This document shows positions 40,701 through 48,366 of a stretch of DNA of 64,000 nucleotides, one piece after another. The position numbers and the translations under genes were made by a program. Under the pieces are notes generated by a model. The model was given only the letters and a program-made list of their open reading frames with translations, made no database searches and had not been told where the DNA came from. This DNA is from a virus, in the IMG/VR virus record IMGVR_UViG_3300025876_000020, positions 2,845 through 66,844 of that record; one strand, written 5' to 3'. Each line of letters opens with the position of its first letter. Positions within the stretch are counted from its first letter, which is position 1.

Positions 40701-40805
40701 AGTATCGCGAGCTATAGCAAGCTGCTCTGACCCGTTTAACTCAAGACTAAGGTTTGTGTTATTTGTTATCTGTGGTAGTTGTGAAATAGGAATTCCTGGG
40801 ACCAT
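37749..40805 (-). CDS. Long tail fibre protein
   Basis: GNVGIGT/GEVGIN fibre repeats, three IDFK modules, one GDLWF..QWV module and C-terminal GTIYFD....F.GWDG..W. The start was reassigned to MVPGIP, which follows TAAATA-N5. Confidence 0.8.
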   Translation of the reverse strand: MVPGIPISQLPQITNNTNLSLELNGSEQLAIARDTITYNTDIQEVGDYYYVSLGIDNLAALSGGWQDTFITVSNRSFFWDSVYSSVAATSSQWDSVYSTVNTLSDFWDGDFCNETVYLSTVSACNGAPIDMSNSSIGNINSLTATEIHSLSSFTHYQDILISELSGFEVGGSVEVAEKVTVGSLQRGAEALNVQGNVQVDVGWVGLSGVENGGLGFLTRDGTAGGIGLAGASNKLIENDGDGADLYVNSAGDAVTRGNLSVNTDQTISKVTVKGGDIAIDTNGNNNWGYIGQGPAGSGIGLRGAGASSLTESHLYVAQGGNVGIGTETPSNKLFIKGGTIKITDDPGTSAVSIRDVGTIELAKDGGGALIDFKAALGTDFDSRIVSNANNNLDFFTGGDGNTQRSLRITPDGDAIVTGVLSASCGNSEEWCDTTTVVQTSSAVWEKSTSVNVSATAPAQEDLTNGDLWFDSTNGDLFMYYVDEDESSSQWVDINALGGAGSVYCDTTLFLNQVSACNGEMFIEGTVNVDGHVDSNASISTRGTGTSTRLLPDGRIELRKDGGTPVIDFKSSANNYDTRIKSTTTGKLAFDVGGDGSIISNALVISSNGNIGIGELNPQNKLQIQDGDIALLGATIGGAGFITQDGTIGGIGICGNSSRLIKSGGVGADLYVTDGGVTYTRGSLTVGGNIIGTGNMSLSGGSTPASGFNLNSNVGGLEIIDAQGTDNPYIDFKTSRSEGHDTRIIQKDNGLAFVTGGDPVATQRMIISDSGEVGINVLDPLEQLHVKGNIMVGEKVADATGLLPNHNYIRFAGTYADTGAFIGERRYDGTVQKSELIIFNGNDNGILAPSTGPDRVRIASGEFRFDTIGDSGITDGMTPDEVLTNGIFTNRFIIDADGRVGIGNETPQSNGILTTEGNIYVASTIAGGDGGFITANGTGSPGGFENKGIGLVGNQNRLADNGGVGADFYVTDTGKSVVRNALVLKGNAQPITPDEGTIYFDNVTKEFRGWDGTTWVLLG

Positions 40806-40877
40806 ACCATTATTTAATAGATACAATAATATTTGCCGAGATAATTAACCATAAAACTACCACATTTATGTAGCGAC

Positions 40878-43268
40878 TTAGGTGATTAATATTGAACCAT
40901 ATACTCCACCATCGTAGCTATAGTCGTTACCAACCCCGGTTGCAGTTGGTGTCACCGGATTACCGGCGACAAGTATGGGAGTAAAGTCCGCCGCGAAGTC
41001 AGCCGGTGTACCGTAGGAGGTCTCTATCGTACCGAAAGAAGCCATCTCTATCGCTCCAGACGTCCCATTAGATGGTGTACTAATTACCGCTGGTGAAGGC
41101 ATGTATATATACCCATTACCGTAAACCCTAACCCCAGCTGTTATGTTGTTTGTAATATTCACATTCGAAATCTTAGCGTAGCTATTACGTCTTACAGATA
41201 TTACAGCATCAGTGGTACCGTTCATGCCACAGAAGTCAGCAGTAACGTTAATCGAATCATTTTCACCAAAGGATGAATGATGCCTTATCTCTATTCCATG
41301 GTTTTGAATCTTAAATAAATCAATATAACTCATCTCACAAAATGAATTATTAATATCTACTCCCTCATTACACCACACGATAGTCGCACCAGGATTCGTA
41401 CTAGATCTTAATAGGGATCTATTAGTTGCAAAGAAACCAACGCGTGTGCACCAGGCTGCAGCTACTTGAGGACATCTAATATCAGAACCAGACTCAGCAA
41501 TGATACCGTCCCTAAATCTAAAGAACGTGCAGCCCTGACAGTCAATATGAGCACCTTCGTCTGCGAATGCACCGTCTTTATCAGTACCAGCGGATCCAAT
41601 AAACAGGCAGTTTTTAAAAATTAATGTTTTACCACTACCGGCTCTTAATCCTGGATCGATAGTGTTCGTTTCTATTACCACTGGATATTTACTCCGTAAC
41701 ATAGCCTCATCAGCAACTATATCACCGGTACCTGTTGAAAAGTCAGAAGTAATTGGGTAGCTACTAGGCTCAGCAGCAGCATCAAACGGCTTATAGAAAA
41801 TCCTTTCACCGTGAGGATGTCCAAATATAGAGAATTGATTCGTATAAGTACCTGGTCTAATTAGAACTTGTACTGTAATATTATGAGCAATATCAAAATG
41901 TGAAAGATAACGGTTAGCATCTGCAGGAGTAGCAAAATCATCACCGACACCACCTACGGTAATTGTAAGATTGTCATTAATAATCTCCTTAACGTGCCAT
42001 ATTTTGGTAGAGTCTTTAAAAGATAACTGCCTATAGGCATCAGGATCAGCCTCTGTCCAAGTATAGAAGCCATTAGTAGTCATGGCACTTTCTGCTGCGT
42101 TAGTATCAGCCTGCACTCCTAAATCTATTACTGCAGTTTGATTCTCTTGCCAAGTACCAACACCACTTGCATCAGTAGTAAGAACGTAGGTATCGGTTGC
42201 TCCTGTTGGCATTTTGAATCCCGCCTTGATATTTAAATTGGAAACGTATGCAGTATCCTCTGCATCGGTAGTGATGCCCGTGCCTCCTAATATTACAGAG
42301 CGGTGATGATTGGTTTCTACCGTATTTGCCTCTCCACCTACTGTAGCGGCATGTTGAGCGTGTTGGATTTCTATATTTTCACCACCTAAGATAATAGAAT
42401 GTTTTGCGAATGACTCATTTGCGTAAAGGTCTTCTGGGAATGGATCAACTCCACTCAGTGTTCCTATAGTGCTATTTGCTGCTCCTACAGCAGAAGCATA
42501 TTTAGAAAATAATTTAAGGTTTACTGATCCTAAAGCCTCTGAATCAACGCCAATTACGCTTTGATTGGTGCCTCCGACTGCGGTGCTGTCTGTGCCGCTT
42601 ACTGTGTTTTTTCTACCTCCAAAAGCGGTCGACCTAATTCCGTTTGCATTGTTTTCCCTACCACCGATCGCAGCGGATTGCTGACCAGTGGCGCTGTTGT
42701 TTAGACCTACATTTGTTGGGTGCAATGTTACAATTCTCCCTACACTAATATCGTTGAGAGTTGCTGATCCGTTGTCTGTGACTGACTCTAGAGTATTAGC
42801 TGTATTATCCCAGTTAGTAGCACTATTTGATTGAACTACGCTTGATGTATCATCCCACTCTGCACTAGCCGCTTGTAGAGTAGTTACAGGTGTATCATCA
42901 TATGGATCTGTATGTGCATCCCAATCAGCGCTATTAGCAGTTACAGTTGTAAACGTACTAGTCCAGTTAGCACTGCTTGAGTTAAGGGTTGTTAAAGTTT
43001 CAAAGTCACCACTACCTGCAGATACATCAACCCACTGTTGTGTATTATCTTCATCATTAAGATAGTAAAACAATACACCTGTACTAGTATCAAACCACAA
43101 GTCACCGATACGAGGATTGTTCGGTGGTGTATCTTGACCTGGAATTATTTCTGTACCACCTTTTACAGCTTCCCATGCTTGTTTGACATCGTTCCACCGC
43201 CACGTCTTTGAGCCTGTTACAAACTGTTCACCTGGTTGCGGGTTGTCTGGAAAATTAATTGCTGCCAT
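40878..43268 (-). CDS. Tailspike/fibre (type A): anchor peptide, YadA-head-like repeats, beta-helix domain
   Basis: MAAINFP..P..G...WRW, then SAAIGGRENN/STAFGG/STAVGG repeats and parallel beta-helix repeats. Confidence 0.75.
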   Translation of the reverse strand: MAAINFPDNPQPGEQFVTGSKTWRWNDVKQAWEAVKGGTEIIPGQDTPPNNPRIGDLWFDTSTGVLFYYLNDEDNTQQWVDVSAGSGDFETLTTLNSSSANWTSTFTTVTANSADWDAHTDPYDDTPVTTLQAASAEWDDTSSVVQSNSATNWDNTANTLESVTDNGSATLNDISVGRIVTLHPTNVGLNNSATGQQSAAIGGRENNANGIRSTAFGGRKNTVSGTDSTAVGGTNQSVIGVDSEALGSVNLKLFSKYASAVGAANSTIGTLSGVDPFPEDLYANESFAKHSIILGGENIEIQHAQHAATVGGEANTVETNHHRSVILGGTGITTDAEDTAYVSNLNIKAGFKMPTGATDTYVLTTDASGVGTWQENQTAVIDLGVQADTNAAESAMTTNGFYTWTEADPDAYRQLSFKDSTKIWHVKEIINDNLTITVGGVGDDFATPADANRYLSHFDIAHNITVQVLIRPGTYTNQFSIFGHPHGERIFYKPFDAAAEPSSYPITSDFSTGTGDIVADEAMLRSKYPVVIETNTIDPGLRAGSGKTLIFKNCLFIGSAGTDKDGAFADEGAHIDCQGCTFFRFRDGIIAESGSDIRCPQVAAAWCTRVGFFATNRSLLRSSTNPGATIVWCNEGVDINNSFCEMSYIDLFKIQNHGIEIRHHSSFGENDSINVTADFCGMNGTTDAVISVRRNSYAKISNVNITNNITAGVRVYGNGYIYMPSPAVISTPSNGTSGAIEMASFGTIETSYGTPADFAADFTPILVAGNPVTPTATGVGNDYSYDGGVYGSILIT

Positions 43269-43323
43269 ACCTATATTTATACTATGTAGATAGTATTTTA
43301 ATCTCTTTTATATAGAAATTATC
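43264..43323. repeat. 60-bp direct repeat, copy 1 (covers the late promoter and start codon)
   Basis: Identical to 46388-46447 except at 2 positions. Confidence 0.95.
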
Positions 43324-43362
43324 TACATATACCATAGCGGTAGTGTATGCTGATATTTTATA

Positions 43363-46300
43363 TTATGCCAGCTTGAGAATGTACAGCCTCACGTTACGGT
43401 ATTCTAAGGTAGCATTAGCGCCAAATCCGGTGGCTTGTTCATCTGCAAATATATTAACAGTCTGTGATGATGTACTGGTTATTAGAAATGTTGTTGATCT
43501 TGACAAAAAGGAACTATTTGTAGATTGAGTTTGTTCATCTGTTTCGTTGATAATAAAAATTGCTTTGTCAACACCATTGTGTCTTGTTATAACGTTGAAG
43601 AAATCCGTACTATCATTATCATCTTCCTTATACTCACCACTGTGAGTTATTTGGTATGTACCCGCACCTAGTGTCACAACCCCACCACTCACTGTACCGA
43701 TACCATCCGGATCAATCTCCTCTGTGATTGGTATAACGCTATCATTGGCAATTGTTCCAGACGCGTTTGAATACTGAGCAAACTTAATCGACGCAGTACC
43801 AACTACTGCTCCATTAATAGTATCACACGTAATATCACCACCAGATATTTGAACTCTAGCGCCAAACTTAGCATCATACCATACCTCTGTACCTAACTCA
43901 TTAACATTTCCAAACCATTGAATCTCTTTATCAATATCATCAGCGTATGTACCGATACCAGTAAAGTTAATATAGCTACCGGTAGTTTCAAAGTCAGAGT
44001 CAAAAAAGCAACTGGTAACAGTGAGTCCCTTGACTGTTACATCAACACCGGAAGCGTTTTCAACATCAATAGCATCACTGTTTTGTACTTGATTCCAAGT
44101 ACAGGCTGTAAAGGTGTTTTGATATTTAGTATCTGCAATAGTAACAGTAGTACCAGTGAAGATACAACCGATAAATGTTGTCCGTACATTTCCTACTCTA
44201 ACATAACCTTCTCCAGATCCGGGGTTAGTAATACCCTGACTTAAAAAGTTACACCCTGTAAATACGTTGTCAATAGATCCGCTATAAATATTAGCAGTAA
44301 ATCCTCCCTCCCGTAAAAGACAGTTTGTTATATTATTGTAATCTGAATTACCTTCTATTTGAATGCAATTACCAGTACGGGATGTATCTAGTTCATAACT
44401 AGCTTCCCCTATTCCCCATTTTGAAACTATACAGTTAGAGACTACTTGATAATTACCAGTCCAAAGTTTTATACCATAGTTCTCACCGCCTGCATTCTCA
44501 CCAAAATGATGTATCTTGCAATTAATAATTGTATTTCCATAACCTCGTGAGAGTATGCCACAAGTTAAACCATCTGCTAAGTCAGCAGACAGTCCTCCGT
44601 CAATGTGAACGCTGTCAACAACTGCACCGTCAGTAGCGGCATTTAAAATTAGTACGGCATTGTTCCATGTAGCATCTACAGATTCGATAGCTTTTAAAGT
44701 TCCGTTCTGAAATCGTATTGATTTCGATATATTAAGTCCTCCACCAATACCAATCTCTGGCTTAATTGCGTAATAACCACCCGCAAGGTCAACCGTTACT
44801 TTACTTGCGCCAAGTACCTTACCAGACTCATTATCATCTACAATTAAACTACTAGCAGCGTCAATAGCGGCTTGAATAGCAGCGCGATCATCAGTAGCAC
44901 CATCACCTATAGTACCATAGTCACGAACATCGATTATTGTTTTTGCACCAACATAACCCTCGACGTAATCTTCAATGCTTTGTGATGTAGCTAAAGAAGT
45001 AACACTAGCGTTGTTAGCAATATCATCGATGATCTCGGTAGCGGATAGTGTTGGCTGGCTATTAAACTGTAGAGCCGTTCCCGTCGCAACACCGTTTAAA
45101 ATTTGGTAACTATCATTAAACTTAGCATCCATCCAAGCGAGATTGCCTTCTCCAGATGTATTACCAATCCATTGAATTTTCTTTTCTACATCCGAAACAT
45201 AACTACCAGCACCGCTTACTAGAAACTCTATAATTTCAGATCGTCGTCCGTTAAATCTATTTGAAGAAACAATAAGACCACCGCAATTATAGTCTGGTTG
45301 ATTGGTATTAATCTCAATAAAATTATTAGCAGGATCTGCAGTCACGTCAGTATAGTTTTTAAACAGACAGCTATTAATAGTTAGTGACTCAACCGGGTCA
45401 TATAACTGGTCATCGTTAAGAGTAACATTACCACCTACAAACGTACAACCGTTTAGGTTATTATCACTCCCACCTTCAATATATACATTAACCTTTCCAG
45501 CTGTATCATCCGAACCACCTTGGCCAAATGTGCAATTAGATACGACATGCTCTGCTCCGTTAATATATAGTGGATATAGAGCCGTATCACCTTTACAGTC
45601 AATTAACTTATTCTGAAAGCCTTCCATTGAAAAGGATCGGGCTGTTCGTAAACTACTATACTCTCTACCCTGCTCAGTAAACAGCCATTCTGTAAAATCA
45701 CACTTCTTTATAACACAACCCTTATTGGCCTGTGGTGCTGGTGATAATTCGTCACCAATCCTGAGACCGTAAAGGGGAAAGTGGATACCTCTACAATTCG
45801 TTACGGTAACACGATTACATAAAATATGTACAAGGTTAGCATGACGTGTAAATGATCCTGGTGTACCTACAACGTCTTCCGTAATACCACCGTCAAAATT
45901 AATATCTATAACTTCACTCTCTTCAGCACCGGTGGTAAGTGTTAGTATAAAGTCACCTGTAAAACCAGGTAAGGCTAATAATCTACCATTAGTAAATCTA
46001 AGTTTTTTATTTATATTGAGTGTTGAGCCGACAGCGTACGTTTTACCGTCTAGATTAACTTCAATTGGCCGGTCATCAAAATATACAGCTGGGTCTGTGT
46101 CTAGAGTACCAGCATGGGTGATTGCGGCTTGTATCTCTGCTTGATCGTCTTGTACTCCGTCACCAGCAGCTCCAAAATCTAATACACTAATAACCGTACG
46201 TAATTTGTCTTGTAATGTAGTATCAACCGCTCCAACACCATCAGGTGTATAAGCTATAGAAGCTGCATCAATATCTACGTTAGACAGAGATACACTATTC

Positions 46301-46392
46301 CAGGTACCGCTGGTACTATCATATCTCCAGCTCCTGTTATTTTGTGTATATATATATCCTGGTGTTGGTGAACTTGGAAAATTGATAGCCAT
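43363..46392 (-). CDS. Tailspike (type B) with two pectate-lyase-3-like beta-helix depolymerase domains
   Basis: ISVLDFGAAGDGVQDDQAEIQAAI and IDVRDYGTIGDGATDDRAAIQAAI. Each unit ends in D.(E/D)K.IQW.GN..E.G...W.DAKF. Confidence 0.85.
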   Translation of the reverse strand: MAINFPSSPTPGYIYTQNNRSWRYDSTSGTWNSVSLSNVDIDAASIAYTPDGVGAVDTTLQDKLRTVISVLDFGAAGDGVQDDQAEIQAAITHAGTLDTDPAVYFDDRPIEVNLDGKTYAVGSTLNINKKLRFTNGRLLALPGFTGDFILTLTTGAEESEVIDINFDGGITEDVVGTPGSFTRHANLVHILCNRVTVTNCRGIHFPLYGLRIGDELSPAPQANKGCVIKKCDFTEWLFTEQGREYSSLRTARSFSMEGFQNKLIDCKGDTALYPLYINGAEHVVSNCTFGQGGSDDTAGKVNVYIEGGSDNNLNGCTFVGGNVTLNDDQLYDPVESLTINSCLFKNYTDVTADPANNFIEINTNQPDYNCGGLIVSSNRFNGRRSEIIEFLVSGAGSYVSDVEKKIQWIGNTSGEGNLAWMDAKFNDSYQILNGVATGTALQFNSQPTLSATEIIDDIANNASVTSLATSQSIEDYVEGYVGAKTIIDVRDYGTIGDGATDDRAAIQAAIDAASSLIVDDNESGKVLGASKVTVDLAGGYYAIKPEIGIGGGLNISKSIRFQNGTLKAIESVDATWNNAVLILNAATDGAVVDSVHIDGGLSADLADGLTCGILSRGYGNTIINCKIHHFGENAGGENYGIKLWTGNYQVVSNCIVSKWGIGEASYELDTSRTGNCIQIEGNSDYNNITNCLLREGGFTANIYSGSIDNVFTGCNFLSQGITNPGSGEGYVRVGNVRTTFIGCIFTGTTVTIADTKYQNTFTACTWNQVQNSDAIDVENASGVDVTVKGLTVTSCFFDSDFETTGSYINFTGIGTYADDIDKEIQWFGNVNELGTEVWYDAKFGARVQISGGDITCDTINGAVVGTASIKFAQYSNASGTIANDSVIPITEEIDPDGIGTVSGGVVTLGAGTYQITHSGEYKEDDNDSTDFFNVITRHNGVDKAIFIINETDEQTQSTNSSFLSRSTTFLITSTSSQTVNIFADEQATGFGANATLEYRNVRLYILKLA

Positions 46393-46447
46393 ACATATAT
46401 TTATACTACGTAGATAGTATTTTAATCTCTTTTATATAGAAATTATC
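46388..46447. repeat. 60-bp direct repeat, copy 2
   Basis: 58/60 identical to 43264-43323, at an offset of 3124 bp. Confidence 0.95.
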
Positions 46448-46495
46448 AGCCATAATTGTAGGGATGATACTTACATTAGTGTATGCATTTAAGGT

Positions 46496-48316
46496 TTAAT
46501 AACCTGTTGCTTGCCAAAAAACCCTCCCAACACCTGCACCAGATGTACCTTGATATCCAATAATAGAAAATGCTGACAACGATAAATTTGCTATACCGCA
46601 TAATTCAGCAGCACTACTATAAGTTCCATCTTGTGCAGTACAGTTAACACCTACTATAGCATTGGGGAACGCGCCAGAAAGAGTAACATTTACTGAACTT
46701 GAATTCACATTTACAGTTCCATACTTTATAATTAAGCCCCCTGGTAGGGTATATGATCCCTGCTCACCTATATTAGCAATGCCTGAAGTATTGCTAGGTA
46801 GGTTTGATGATGTAATTCCCCAACTAGCACTATTAGCACTTACAGTTGTATATGTGCTATCCCAATTTTCAATACTTTGAATAGGTTGACTGTTATCTTT
46901 AATAATTGATCCATCAGTATCAATAACATTTAGTGGAGAACTATAGGTTGTTGATCCTAAAATATTATTTACATCATTAGTAAAACTAACAGCTCCACCA
47001 TCCTCAACCTCTATATCTTCAAAACCAACACCTGACCCACTAAGTGAAATAGGATCAAATAAGTATAAATTACTATCAGCATATGATCTAATATTCCACC
47101 TGTCACTATCTATACAAGTTAAATCACCTATTCTTGCTACACTAGATTGTGAGAGAAAAATACCAGCGTCACAGTTTTTAATTATATTACCAGATAAGGT
47201 ACCTGCTCTAGGTGATAACAGAGTACCATGATCGGTTATACTTATTGCTTCACTCAGTGTTGCAAGAGGTCCTTTACCACACTCTTCTATGACGGATTCA
47301 TACCATGTTCCCATACTATTTGTAGCTACTTGAAGACCATGATTATCACACTTATAAATTGTATTACGCCTTCCTAGTAATTGTGATGTTGAATTCACTT
47401 TTATACCAAATCCACCTGACCCGTCGACGGCATCTTCAGTTATATATGAAACACTGGTATCAAATATACGTAAATAACTACCATTAATTGCTTGAATACC
47501 GTTTCCAAAGCCAAAAAAGCTACAACCTACGCTGTAAAATTTACCTTGATCGATTACATTAACAGCTCTAGTAATTGATTCTGTGTCTTTATAGATCAAA
47601 ATATCCTCTATTCTGGCTGTACCAAATGGTACATTAAATGCATTAATTTGGTTAGAAGGACTAGTAAACTTAAACTTAACTGAATATTTACCTTTAAGCA
47701 TGTCTAGATCATCTGCTGACACACCAGTAAAATCTGTACTTTTAGGATATGTAACACTCGGTGAACCATCAAAAGGTCTGATAAATATATTGTCTCCATT
47801 ATCGTGCGAAATATCTAAAGGACTACTAAATTCATATTCACCAGGCCTAATTTGAATATAAATTACTGCACCATCTCTCATCTTAAGATATTGCACATAT
47901 TGAATTGCAGTCTTAATACTAGTAAAATGATCACCAGGCTGATCACCAACAATAAATGTCTCTCCATGAGAAAATTGTGATACATGAAATATTACAGTAT
48001 CTCTCTTACATGACAGCATACTGCATGCTGGGTTTCCATCCAAAGTTTTACACCATGTATAGAAGCCATCGTAAGTCATAGCTGCTTCAGCACTACTATC
48101 ATTGTTAAATGTACCTAGATCCTTTACCGTCCAATCACCGCTAGCACTCTGAACTGTTGTATACGCTGAGTTCCAGTCAGCTGATGAAGTCGCGACAATA
48201 GTATCACCACCATCACCTGCACTTTCCCATGAAACTCCTGTCCACCTCCAACTCTTATCGTTTTGTGTATGTATTTCACCAACTGTAGTTGGTACTGGGA
48301 AATCTAACTTAGCCAT
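46496..48316 (-). CDS. Tailspike/fibre (type A) with beta-helix and C-terminal fibre-tip domain
   Basis: Shares AE.AMT..GFYTW, IRPG.Y and PFD...YP...DF with 40878..43268. C-terminal GSYTLPGGLIIKYG...FPNA...FWQATGY. Confidence 0.75.
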   Translation of the reverse strand: MAKLDFPVPTTVGEIHTQNDKSWRWTGVSWESAGDGGDTIVATSSADWNSAYTTVQSASGDWTVKDLGTFNNDSSAEAAMTYDGFYTWCKTLDGNPACSMLSCKRDTVIFHVSQFSHGETFIVGDQPGDHFTSIKTAIQYVQYLKMRDGAVIYIQIRPGEYEFSSPLDISHDNGDNIFIRPFDGSPSVTYPKSTDFTGVSADDLDMLKGKYSVKFKFTSPSNQINAFNVPFGTARIEDILIYKDTESITRAVNVIDQGKFYSVGCSFFGFGNGIQAINGSYLRIFDTSVSYITEDAVDGSGGFGIKVNSTSQLLGRRNTIYKCDNHGLQVATNSMGTWYESVIEECGKGPLATLSEAISITDHGTLLSPRAGTLSGNIIKNCDAGIFLSQSSVARIGDLTCIDSDRWNIRSYADSNLYLFDPISLSGSGVGFEDIEVEDGGAVSFTNDVNNILGSTTYSSPLNVIDTDGSIIKDNSQPIQSIENWDSTYTTVSANSASWGITSSNLPSNTSGIANIGEQGSYTLPGGLIIKYGTVNVNSSSVNVTLSGAFPNAIVGVNCTAQDGTYSSAAELCGIANLSLSAFSIIGYQGTSGAGVGRVFWQATGY

Positions 48317-48366
48317 ACATATATTTATGCTACCCGTTCAGAATTATTACGATAGATTTTATAATA

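Noticed and set aside
8998-40850. Similar 12-mers ATATTTG(G/C)CGAG upstream of two fibre genes (about 8999 and 40829)
   Set aside because: There are only two short copies and they sit on different sides of their promoters, so chance cannot be excluded.
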